IMG/VR virus record: IMGVR_UViG_3300046723_000260
Span: 1-64,000 of that record
Reading direction: 5' to 3' (one strand)
Origin: a virus
DNA: 64,000 nt
Within the stretch, counting starts at the first letter, position 1, and the number at the start of each line of letters is the position of its first letter. Under the pieces are notes generated by a model. The model did no database searches, was not told where the DNA came from, and worked only from the letters and a program-made list of their open reading frames with translations. A program made the translations under genes and the position numbers. Shown here in pieces: positions 36,136 through 45,100 of this stretch.

Positions 36136-37187
36136 TGACCGTCGAAGCCTGCCGAGAGATCGAGCGCCTGCGCGACGAGGGCGTCGCGCTCAACGCCGCG
36201 GGCGACGCCGCGGGCGCGGTCAAGGCATGGACCGAGATGGCGAAGTTCCAGCGACGGGTCGCGCCGAGCGGGATCCGCTACCTCCGCGGCGAGAGCTGGA
36301 CGAACGGCTTCGGCCACCTCGCGCTGCTCGACATGTGGGCGAAGCGCCGGGCGTTGGGCTTCAGCGAGGAGCGCCACGTCATCGTCACGCGCCCGGGGAT
36401 CATCGCGAACCCGTTCTACCTCTCGCTCTGGGCGCCCTGGTTCGAGATCACCGACGCGGCGCCACCCGACGCGATCCTGCGCGAAGACTACCCGATGGTG
36501 ATCGAGGTCAGCGGCGCGTTTCTGGAGCTGCACCACGCGGCGGCCAGGATCGAGGCAACGTGGCGAGAGCTGTGCATTCCGCGCTATCACCCGATCATCA
36601 CGATGCCGAAAGACCTGATCGAGCGCGGCCGCGAGCGGATCGCCCGCGACGGCGTCCGCGACTGGTTCGTCGGCATGCACCTCCGCCAGGGCGGCCCCCA
36701 CGACGAGGACTCGGTCCGCAACGTCGCCGACGAGCAGACCTACGCGCCGGCGGTCGAGTTCATCCGCCAGGCCGGCGGCAGCGTCCTGCGAATCGGAGAG
36801 CGCCCGCTGGCGCGGCCGATCCCGGGCGTCGTCGACTACGGCGGGGCGGGCGACTGGCCGGACTGCTTCGTGATCTCGCAGAGCCGGTTCTTCCTCGGCA
36901 CCAACTCCGGGCCGAGCGTCGTCGCCGGGACCTTCGGCGTGCCGCTGCTGATCGCGAACCACGCGCCGGCGGGCGGCCTGTTCCCGTACCGCGCCACGCT
37001 GGTCCGCAAGCGGGTGGTCGAACGCGTCCCCGGTTTCAGCGACGGCCGTCCCCTCTCGACCGAGGCGTGGCAATGCAAGAACCTCTGGACGACGTCCCAG
37101 CTCGAAGCGGAAGGGCTTCGGCTCGTCGACTGCACCGCCGCGGAGATCGTCGCAGGCGTGGCGAAGATGCTACAGGAGACCTCATGA
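36135..37187 (+). CDS. Glycosyltransferase (TIGR04372-like, GT-B fold)
   Basis: FGHLA, FV.MH.R..G, RN...Y..A, V.RIG, F.GT.SGP..VA..FGVP and D.T..EI motifs. Confidence 0.75.
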   Translation: MTVEACREIERLRDEGVALNAAGDAAGAVKAWTEMAKFQRRVAPSGIRYLRGESWTNGFGHLALLDMWAKRRALGFSEERHVIVTRPGIIANPFYLSLWAPWFEITDAAPPDAILREDYPMVIEVSGAFLELHHAAARIEATWRELCIPRYHPIITMPKDLIERGRERIARDGVRDWFVGMHLRQGGPHDEDSVRNVADEQTYAPAVEFIRQAGGSVLRIGERPLARPIPGVVDYGGAGDWPDCFVISQSRFFLGTNSGPSVVAGTFGVPLLIANHAPAGGLFPYRATLVRKRVVERVPGFSDGRPLSTEAWQCKNLWTTSQLEAEGLRLVDCTAAEIVAGVAKMLQETS

Positions 37188-37429
37188 GCCCGGTCGTGAT
37201 CGCGCTGCTCGGCGGCCTACACTGCTCGCTCCCGCCGCTCGACTTCCGCACGTTCTACTCGCGCTTCTACGCGTCGCCGGGCGACCGCCATTGGTTCGTC
37301 CGCGACGCGGAGGACCGCGGGACCGCCGCTCGCCGCCTCGCCGACGCGCTGGCCGACTTCGCGGACTACCGCGCCGGCCGCGCCGACAAGTGCCGCGACG
37401 GAATCATGGTGCCGGAGGACATCCCGTGA
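37184..37429 (+). CDS. Small hypothetical
   Basis: Coupled ORF with GGAG RBS. Confidence 0.45.
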   Translation: MSPVVIALLGGLHCSLPPLDFRTFYSRFYASPGDRHWFVRDAEDRGTAARRLADALADFADYRAGRADKCRDGIMVPEDIP

Positions 37430-37674
37430 AGATCGAACTGATCCTCTCCGACCGGCGCGGCCGCAGCTTCGTCGTGCGAGTGGAAGAGCCGAAGCTGATG
37501 CCCTTGGATCCGCGCGACAATCCGCGGACGCTCAAGATCGACGGCCTGCGCGACCTGACAGTGGAGAACGACGACGGCAGCTTCTTTCGGTTCGTGCCGG
37601 CGGCGCCCTGGCCGCACACGTTTCGGCAGAGGCTCCGCTGGCTCTTGGCGTGGCGGCGTTTGGAGGAGGACTGA
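37426..37674 (+). CDS. Small hypothetical
   Basis: GGAGG RBS, GTG start. Confidence 0.45.
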   Translation: MKIELILSDRRGRSFVVRVEEPKLMPLDPRDNPRTLKIDGLRDLTVENDDGSFFRFVPAAPWPHTFRQRLRWLLAWRRLEED

Positions 37675-37677
37675 CTG

Positions 37678-37950
37678 ATGAGCGAAGTCACCGAACAAGA
37701 CGTAGCCAACGTCGTGCTCGACCTTCTCACGCGGGCCGTCGTGTCCATATTCCGGTCCCAGCAGTTCGAGAACGCCGAGATGTTGGCCGCCAGCCTCACC
37801 GGCGTGTGCGGCGTCGCCATGATCGACCTGCTGATCGAGAAGTTCGACGTCGAGCCGGAGCAAGCGATCGCGCTGGTGCGCTCGAGCTTCGAGACGCGGG
37901 CGACCGAGATGGCGGAAGCGGTGGCCAAGCACAGGAGCAAGGCGAAATGA
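37678..37950 (+). CDS. Small hypothetical
   Basis: GGAGGAGG RBS. Confidence 0.55.
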   Translation: MSEVTEQDVANVVLDLLTRAVVSIFRSQQFENAEMLAASLTGVCGVAMIDLLIEKFDVEPEQAIALVRSSFETRATEMAEAVAKHRSKAK

Positions 37951-38174
37951 CCGGAGAACTCGACATCGCCCGCCGCAAGTTCGTCGACGAAGTCGTGAGC
38001 GGCAAGACCCGAAAGATTGGAGCGCCCGTCGAAGGCATCCGCGAGCCAGAACCGAGCGAGCATCCCGACGAGCGGATGAACCTCACGATCAAGGACGTGG
38101 GACGGTGGGAGCCGGAATCGTCCGGTCGCGCGAAAAACAATCAGGGAAACGATGGCGATGCCGGTCGGCGGTAG
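37947..38174 (+). CDS. Small hypothetical
   Basis: ATGA coupling. Confidence 0.4.
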   Translation: MTGELDIARRKFVDEVVSGKTRKIGAPVEGIREPEPSEHPDERMNLTIKDVGRWEPESSGRAKNNQGNDGDAGRR

Positions 38175-38586
38175 GCGAGAGGGTGCAGGCCGCAAACGCG
38201 GCGGCAAGAACAAGCGCACGGTGGAGCTTGAGCTTGCCACGGCGCGCGAGATCGACTCGGCGCGGATCAGCGGGCGCGAGCTGGCGAAAGACGTGCTCGA
38301 CCGGCTGATGAGGATCGCCGAGGGCGCGGCATCGCTGCACAAGCCGAACGAGGCGGGCCAAGGCGGCGACTGGTCGCTCTTCGGCGAGTGGTTCGACCGC
38401 ACGGCGTGGGTGGCGAAGGAGCTGGCGAAGTACCAGAGCCCGCAGCTCCGCGCGGTCGTGGTGTCGATGCCCGGCTCGCCGGTGCCGGAGCCGAAGGTGG
38501 TCGAGGGCAAGGTGCTCAACATGAAGGACCCGCGCGTCGTCGCGGCGGCCTACGTGCGGTTGGTGAAGACGACGGCGAGGAGCTGA
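38152..38586 (+). CDS. Putative terminase small subunit
   Basis: GGRREGAGRKRG.KNK.T N-terminus and A..LA.Y..P.L motif; upstream of TerL. Confidence 0.6.
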   Translation: MAMPVGGRREGAGRKRGGKNKRTVELELATAREIDSARISGRELAKDVLDRLMRIAEGAASLHKPNEAGQGGDWSLFGEWFDRTAWVAKELAKYQSPQLRAVVVSMPGSPVPEPKVVEGKVLNMKDPRVVAAAYVRLVKTTARS

Positions 38587-38687
38587 ACTAGGGGAGGCCG
38601 CGATGCAAAGCGCCGCAGCAGAATGGTTTGTCGTAGCTGGCTTATTCGCCATAGCGGTTGCAATTCTTATCAAGTGAGGTCGCTGAA

Positions 38688-38840
38688 ATGCCCATCTCTA
38701 CCGAGATAGACGCGCCAATGGCGAAGAACAAAGACGACGAACTCGTTACAATTTCGCGCTCATATCTGCTTTTGCTTTGGAGGCAATTGGACGAATTGCG
38801 AGAACGTGTCGCAAACTCGCCCCTCATCGAGTCAAAGTAG
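38688..38840 (+). CDS. Micro-ORF (cassette array)
   Basis: GAGG RBS then MPISTEIDAPMAKNKDDELVTISRS... Confidence 0.4.
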   Translation: MPISTEIDAPMAKNKDDELVTISRSYLLLLWRQLDELRERVANSPLIESK

Positions 38841-38849
38841 GCCGCCCAC

Positions 38850-39017
38850 ATGAGAACCGCTGCTGAATTAGAAGCCCTAGCTGTGGCTCAAGCCGTCGCC
38901 GCCGAGCGGGAGCGGTGCGCTAAGATTGCGGAGGACGAATATCGTGACGAACGCTGGCACGGCTATTATCGCCATGCGGGTATCGTCATCGCAGACAAAA
39001 TCCGAAACGCAAAGTAA
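38850..39017 (+). CDS. Micro-ORF with AERERCAKIAE motif
   Basis: Read manually: MRTAAELEALAVAQAVAAERERCAKIAEDEY...IADKIRNAK. Confidence 0.55.
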   Translation: MRTAAELEALAVAQAVAAERERCAKIAEDEYRDERWHGYYRHAGIVIADKIRNAK

Positions 39018-39026
39018 GCCGCTACG

Positions 39027-39191
39027 ATGGACCCAAATCTCCCGCACCATTGGCAGATCGTTGAGACGGCGACCATGCGCGTCGTTGCCGACAATCTCAC
39101 GCACGACCAAGCTTTGAATCAGTGCGAATATCTTGAGCCGCACCCTGAAACGACAGGCTTCCGCTACGTCATGCAGCCGGTTCGCAACTGA
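39027..39191 (+). CDS. Micro-ORF
   Basis: Read manually: MDPNLPHHWQIVETATMRVVADNLTHDQA... Confidence 0.45.
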   Translation: MDPNLPHHWQIVETATMRVVADNLTHDQALNQCEYLEPHPETTGFRYVMQPVRN

Positions 39192-39201
39192 GGCCGATCA
39201 G

Positions 39202-39327
39202 ATGACCCGCGTTCAAAAAGCTTCAAAGCTTCTCGATAATCTCGGCTTCGTTTTGCTGTTCGGGAAAGTGTCGGACGCCGAGCTAGTCAAGATCGTGTTG
39301 TGGATCAAAGATCAGTTGAAGGAGTAG
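39202..39327 (+). CDS. Micro-ORF
   Basis: MTRVQKASKLLDNLGFVLLFGKVSDAELVKIVLWIKDQLKE. Confidence 0.4.
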   Translation: MTRVQKASKLLDNLGFVLLFGKVSDAELVKIVLWIKDQLKE

Positions 39328-39334
39328 CCCCCCC

Positions 39335-39517
39335 ATGCAGATCGCCGCAGACCTCGACATAATCAGCAATCAAACCGCGTTCCTAAAACGGATCGCGGAG
39401 GCGCTGAGCATGACCGGGAATGGCACCCTCGGGGGCCAGATCAGTATGACGGCGCGGAATATCGAATTAGCTGCTGCGGCGATTGCCGAAAAGAACTCCA
39501 CTGCAAACGCAAAGTAG
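39335..39517 (+). CDS. Micro-ORF
   Basis: 60-aa helical ORF. Confidence 0.45.
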   Translation: MQIAADLDIISNQTAFLKRIAEALSMTGNGTLGGQISMTARNIELAAAAIAEKNSTANAK

Positions 39518-39526
39518 GCCAATAAA

Positions 39527-39676
39527 ATGCGCTCGTTCGTAGCGGTGCTGCTTCTCGCCGTCCCGGCGATCTGGTGGACGCCGAAGCAGCACCACGGCTG
39601 GGCGAGCGCGCCGCCGAAGTATTGCGCGCAATTCCCGTGCTACGAAAACCGGGCGAGGCTGCATGGCAGACGATAA
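39527..39676 (+). CDS. Micro-ORF with signal-like N-terminus
   Basis: Read manually: MRSFVAVLLLAVPAIWW...YCAQFPC. Confidence 0.35.
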   Translation: MRSFVAVLLLAVPAIWWTPKQHHGWASAPPKYCAQFPCYENRARLHGRR

Positions 39677-39944
39677 GTTCGGGGTCAAAGCCGCCGTCGC
39701 CGCGGAGCGCGAGCGGTGCGCCAAGATCGCCGAGGCCCGCGAGGACGACCCGTTCAAACTCTTCGGCGAGGTCGCGACGCTGATCAGGTCGGGCAACCCC
39801 ATGACGACGGTCAAGCCGGTGCCCCTGCTCTGCGTGATCGGCTGGCATAGCTGGACGCGCGGCCGCGAGCCGATCAAGCTGGGCGGCCCGGTCTATCGCT
39901 GCCGCCATTGCGCGGCGACGAAGGGGCGCTACGAGGCCGGCTGA
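39663..39944 (+). CDS. Hypothetical with AERERCAKIAE motif and C-x-x-G-x-H...CxxC
   Basis: Coupled to TerL. Confidence 0.55.
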   Translation: MADDKFGVKAAVAAERERCAKIAEAREDDPFKLFGEVATLIRSGNPMTTVKPVPLLCVIGWHSWTRGREPIKLGGPVYRCRHCAATKGRYEAG

Positions 39945-41602
39945 TGGACTGGAAGCACCCAGACTACGCCGCGATCTTCGCCGAGCGGATGGCCAACCTG
40001 CACCGCATCCGCGAGAACCCCGAGGTCAGCGTCCCGGTGCTCAAGGAGAAGTACCGCGACAACATCGCGGACTTCATCGCCGACTGGGGCGTGACGTTCG
40101 ACCCGAGAAACCCGGAGCGCGACCTCCCCGCCGTCGTGCCGTTCGTGCTGTTCCCGAAGCAGCGCGAGTGGGTCGAGTGGCTGATCCGGCACTGGCACGG
40201 CCAGACGCCCGGCCTGGTCGAGAAGTCGCGCGACGTCGGCGCGACGTGGCTCGCGGCGTGCACGGCCTGCTCGCTCTGCATCTTCAACGAGGGGCTCGCG
40301 ATCGGCTTCGGCTCGCGCAAGGAGGAGTACGTCGACCGCCTGGGCACCTTGAAGCCGATCCTGCCGAAGGCGCGGATGTTCATGGAGCACCTCCCCGTCG
40401 AGTTTCGCGGCGGCTGGCAGTCGTGGCGGGACGCGCCGTTCATGCGGATCAACTTCCCCTCGACCGGCTCGCTGATCATGGGCGAGGCCGGCGACCAGAT
40501 CGGCCGCGGCGACCGCGCCTCGATCTACTTCGTCGACGAGAGCGCCCACCTCGAGCGGCCCGACCTCGTCGAGATGTCGCTGTCGCAGACGACCAACTGC
40601 CGGATCGACATGAGCTCGGTGAACGGGATGAACAACCCGTTCGCGAGGAAGCGCCACGAGGGCAAGGTCGACGTCTTCGTGTTCGACTGGCGCGACGACC
40701 CGCGGAAGGATCAGGCGTGGTACGACGCGCTCTCGAAGGGCGAGGACGAGGGCGGCCGCGGGCTCGACCCGGTCACGATCGCCCAGGAGGTCGACCGCGA
40801 CTACTCGGCCTCGGTCTCCGGCATCGTGATCCCCGGCGAGTGGGTGCGCGCGGCGATCGGCGCCCGCGAGCGGCTCGGCCTGCCGAAGGGCGGGCGCAAG
40901 CTGCTGGCGCTCGACGTCGCCGACGAGGGCGTCGACCAGAACGCGGCGGTCGGCTGCACCGGCATCGAGATCGACTTCGCCGAGCAGTGGTCGGGCAAGG
41001 GCGGCGACATCTTCGGCACGGTCGCCAAGGCGTTCGCGATCTGCGACGAGCACGGCTACCCGGGGCTGCGCTACGACGCCGACGGCCTCGGGGCGGGCGT
41101 CCGCGGCGACGCGCGGGTGCTGAACGAGCAGCGCCGCAGCGCGCGGGCGCGCGAGCTGCCCGTGGTCGGCTTCCGCGGCTCCGAGGCCCCGTTCGATCCG
41201 GACGCCGCGGTCGAGGGCACGCTCGGGCGCGAGGGCGAGAAGGGGCGGACCAACAAGGACTTCTTCGCCAACCGCAAGGCGCAGGCGTGGTGGGAGCTGC
41301 GCCGGCTGTTCCGCAACACGCACCGATGGGTGACGACCGGCAAGGCGTCGAGCCCCGACGAGATCATCTCGATCGACCCGGCGATGCCGCTGCGCTCGAA
41401 GCTGGTCAGCGAGCTGAGCCAGGCGACGATGGCGTTCAACGGCCAGGGCAAGATGGTGATCGACAAGCAGCCCGACGGCATGAAGAGCCCGAACCTCGCC
41501 GACGGCGTCGTGATCCGGAAGGCGCGGATGGAGCGCGGCCCGCTGCGGATCACGCCGGAGATCCTGGCGGCGGTGTCGGGCGGGCGCAGGAGGATGCGGT
41601 GA
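39944..41602 (+). CDS. terL: Terminase large subunit
   Basis: Walker A EKSRDVGATW, Walker B YFVDESAH, nuclease LDVADEG.D and KSPNLAD. Confidence 0.95.
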   Translation: MDWKHPDYAAIFAERMANLHRIRENPEVSVPVLKEKYRDNIADFIADWGVTFDPRNPERDLPAVVPFVLFPKQREWVEWLIRHWHGQTPGLVEKSRDVGATWLAACTACSLCIFNEGLAIGFGSRKEEYVDRLGTLKPILPKARMFMEHLPVEFRGGWQSWRDAPFMRINFPSTGSLIMGEAGDQIGRGDRASIYFVDESAHLERPDLVEMSLSQTTNCRIDMSSVNGMNNPFARKRHEGKVDVFVFDWRDDPRKDQAWYDALSKGEDEGGRGLDPVTIAQEVDRDYSASVSGIVIPGEWVRAAIGARERLGLPKGGRKLLALDVADEGVDQNAAVGCTGIEIDFAEQWSGKGGDIFGTVAKAFAICDEHGYPGLRYDADGLGAGVRGDARVLNEQRRSARARELPVVGFRGSEAPFDPDAAVEGTLGREGEKGRTNKDFFANRKAQAWWELRRLFRNTHRWVTTGKASSPDEIISIDPAMPLRSKLVSELSQATMAFNGQGKMVIDKQPDGMKSPNLADGVVIRKARMERGPLRITPEILAAVSGGRRRMR

Positions 41603-41707
41603 TGGGCAAGCTCGTTCGCCGCTCGCTTGACCGGCGCTCTCGCGCCGTGCGACGGTCGCCGCAATCAAGTTGATTCCTTTCCTTTCAAGTTGAAACCGGA
41701 GCGGGCC

Positions 41708-42037
41708 GTGGGCAGCGCCAAGAGCGGCAGGACGAGCCAGTTCACGCTCCAGCAGCAGGACGAGATCGTCCGCGCCTACGTCCGCGGCATGAAGACCGCC
41801 GCGATCTGCGAGCAGTTCGGCTGCTCGAACTCCTACCCGGGGCAGCTCGCGCGCAGGCGCGGCCACCCGGGCCGGGTGTCGCAGAAGACCCGGGACGTGC
41901 TCAGCGCCGCGGCCCGCCGGCGAGAGCGTCCCTCGCCGCCGCCGGTCGTGGCGGCGCACACTCAGGGCGGCCGCACGACCGTCGAGCGCCAGGGCATCAC
42001 GCTGCCGCGGCTGAAATGCCTGGAGGAGGATCTATGA
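41708..42037 (+). CDS. HTH DNA-binding protein
   Basis: IVRAY..G.KTAAICEQFGCS.SY...LARR.G. Confidence 0.6.
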   Translation: MGSAKSGRTSQFTLQQQDEIVRAYVRGMKTAAICEQFGCSNSYPGQLARRRGHPGRVSQKTRDVLSAAARRRERPSPPPVVAAHTQGGRTTVERQGITLPRLKCLEEDL

Positions 42038-42108
42038 GGCGGGAGATCGTCCGCGCGGCGCTGCTGTTCGTCGCGCTGGTCGCGCTGAACGTGTTCTTCG
42101 GAGGCTGA
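42034..42108 (+). CDS. Tiny TM peptide (24 aa)
   Basis: GGAGGAGG RBS; MRREIVRAALLFVALVALNVFFGG. Confidence 0.4.
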   Translation: MRREIVRAALLFVALVALNVFFGG

Positions 42109-42112
42109 GCCG

Positions 42113-45100
42113 ATGGGATGGGGCGGGGCGCGTCCGGGAGCCGGCCGCAAGAAACCGAAGGCGCCGGCGACGCCGCCGCTCAAGCCCAAGCCGACTCCGG
42201 AGATGCGCGAGGCGGAGCGCCGCTCGGTCGCCGCCATGCACGAGATGATCGAGGCGTCCCGCGCGGCGGCCTCGTCGGCCCGCGAGAAGCAGGCGCACCT
42301 CAACCCGTTCGCCATCCGCCCGGACCTGTTCCCGCCGCCCGCCGTCCCGAAGGCCAAGGGGATGCGGCTCGCGATGGACGACGCGACCAACTGGGCGTCG
42401 AACGCCTGGGCGGCCTCCGGCGCGGTGCTCGGCGCGGCGCAAGAGGGGCTGATGTTCCTCGGCTACCCGTACCTCTCGGAGCTGGCGCAGCGCCCGGAGT
42501 ACCGGACCTTCGCGGAGACCATCGCGACGGAGGCGACCCGGAAGTGGATCAAGCTGAAGGGCTCGAAGGCCGAGGAGGAGGCCGAGGAGAAGGGCGCGAC
42601 CCCGGAGCAGGCGCAGGACGAGCAGGCCGAGGCCGACGACAAGAACGACAAGATCAAGGATCTGGAGGGCTACCTCAACCAGCTCCAGGTCCGCGACCAC
42701 TACGCCAAGATCGCGCTGCACGACGGGCTGTTCGGGCGGAGCCACCTCTACTACGACTTCGGCACCGATCTCGGCGATGACGAGCTCAAGACGCCGATCG
42801 GCAACGGTCGCGACGAGCTGACCAAGGCGAAGGTCACGACGGGATCGCTGAAGCGGCTGAGCGTGATCGAGCCGGTCTGGACCTACCCGACGACCTACAA
42901 CGCGAGCAACCCGCTGGCGCCCGACTGGTACAACCCGCAGGTCTGGTACGTGCTCGGGCGCGAGATCCACGCGAGCCGCATCCCGCGGTTCGTGAGCCGC
43001 GAGGTGCCGGACATCCTCAAGCCGGCGTACTCGTTCGGCGGGCTCTCGCTGACGCAGCTCGCCAAGCCCTACGTCGACATCTGGCTGACGACGCGGGCGA
43101 GCGTCGGGCAACTGATCCACGCGTTCTCGGTCATGGTGCTGATGACCGACCTGGAGAGCATCCTGCAGCCGGGCATCGCGACCTCGCTGCTGGCGCGCGT
43201 CAACCTGTTCAACGCGCTGCGCGACAACCAGGGGACGTTCGTCCTCAACAAGGAGACCGAGGAGTTCAAGAACGTCAGCGCGCCGCTCTCGGGCTTGCAC
43301 GAGCTCCAGGCCCAGGCGCAGGAGCACATGATGAGCGTCGCCCGCATCCCGGCGGTGAAGTTCACCGGGATGCAGCCGCAGGGGCTCAACGCGTCGAGCG
43401 AGGGCGAGATCAGGGCGTTCTACGACACCATCGAGGCGTTCCAGAACGCGTTCTTCCGCCCGAAGCTCAACACGACGCTCGACTTCGCGATGATCTCGCT
43501 GTGGGGCGCGCGCGACGAGGAGATCGTCTACGACTTCGAGCCGCTGTGGGCGCTGAGCGAGAAGGAGAAGGGCGAGCTTCGCAAGGCCGACGCGGAGACC
43601 GACCAGATCCGGATCGACACCGGCGTCGTTAGCTCGGAGGAGGTCCGCGCCAAGGTCGCGGCCGATCCGGACTCCGGCTTCGACAACCTCGACCCCAACG
43701 ACGTGCCCGACCTCCTGGAGGAGGAGGCGCAGGGCCTGCAGCCCGAAGGCGGGCGGCCGCAGCCGATCGCGCAGGGCGACCCGACCGGCGAAGTCAGCGA
43801 GGGAGGCGGGGCTAACGACGCCGTGGTCCCTTTCGGCGGCGGCGCTGACGAGGCGGGCTTCGAGGAATCGAAGCATCCCCGGGACGACGGCGGCAAGTTC
43901 ACGAGCGGCTCCGGCGGCGGCAAGGGCGTTCCGCACGCGCCGCAGTTCGGCCTCCAGCACGGCAAGTTCACCGCGCCCGGCGGCGGCTCGTCGTCGTCGT
44001 CCTGGTTCACCGGGTTCGGCGCGAAGAAGACCAACGTCGGGGAGCCGATCGACGTCTCGAAGATGAAGAAGGTCGGCGCCCAGATGGGCTCGAACCCGGG
44101 CGGCGTGTTCGAGGGCGAGGGCGGCGAGAAGTTCTACGTCAAGCGGGGCAAGTCGAAGGCCCACGTCCGCAACGAGATGGTCGCCGCGGCGCTCTACGAC
44201 CTGGCCGGCACGCCGACGCTGAAGTACCGGCCGGTCGAGGGCGGCGAGCACGTCGCGACCGAGATGGCGAAGCTCGACAAGGACAACGCGGCGAAGCTGT
44301 CGAAGGCCGAGCGGGCCGAGGCGGCGCGCGACTTCGCGGTCCACGCGTGGCTCGCCAACTGGGACGCGGTCGGCACCGGCGGCGACAACCTCGGCACCGT
44401 GCGCGGCGTGCCGACGGCGCTGGACCTCGGCGGCGCGCTGGAGTTCCGGGCGCAGGGCGCTCCGAAGGGCAAGGCGTTCGGCACGAAGGTCGGCGAGCTC
44501 GACACGCTGCGCGACGGCAGCAACCACGACGCGGCGAAGATGTTCGGCGACATGACGCCGGCGCAGATGCGCGAATCGGCGCGGTACGTCGCGGCGATCG
44601 GCGACCAGAAGATCAAGGACGCGGTCGAGAAGAACGGCGGCGACGCGGCGCTGGCCGAGAAGCTGATCAAGCGGCGCGACGACATCGCGGAGCGGATGAA
44701 GACGTTCGGCGAGGACGGCGACCCGGAGAGCCCGGACGGCACGATGGTCGTCCCCGCCGGCGGCAAGATGCCGATCAAGAAGCTGAACGGCGTGGCGTTC
44801 AAGCCGTGGCGGCCGCCGGCCGACTGGGCCGCGGTCGACGGCCAGGCCGAGATCGACGAGCCCGAGTTCTTCGTGACGCCGGGCAAGCGCGCCTCGACCG
44901 GCGTGATCGTGCGCGAGGCCGACGGGCGGGTGTGGCTGATCCAGCCGCGCAACGGCTACGGCGGCTACGAGGGGACGTTCCCGAAGGGCGGGCTCGAGAA
45001 GGGGCTGTCGCTGCAGGCCAACGCGATCAAGGAAACCTGGGAGGAGAGCGGGCTCAAGGTGAAGATCACCGGGTTCGCCGGCGACCACGAGGGCGACGCC

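Noticed and set aside
42113-43750. Reading the DUF1073-type domain as an anti-CBASS Acb1 nuclease
   Set aside because: Its position between TerL and MuF and its motifs indicate the portal. No 2H-phosphoesterase HxT motif pair was recognised in the fusion.
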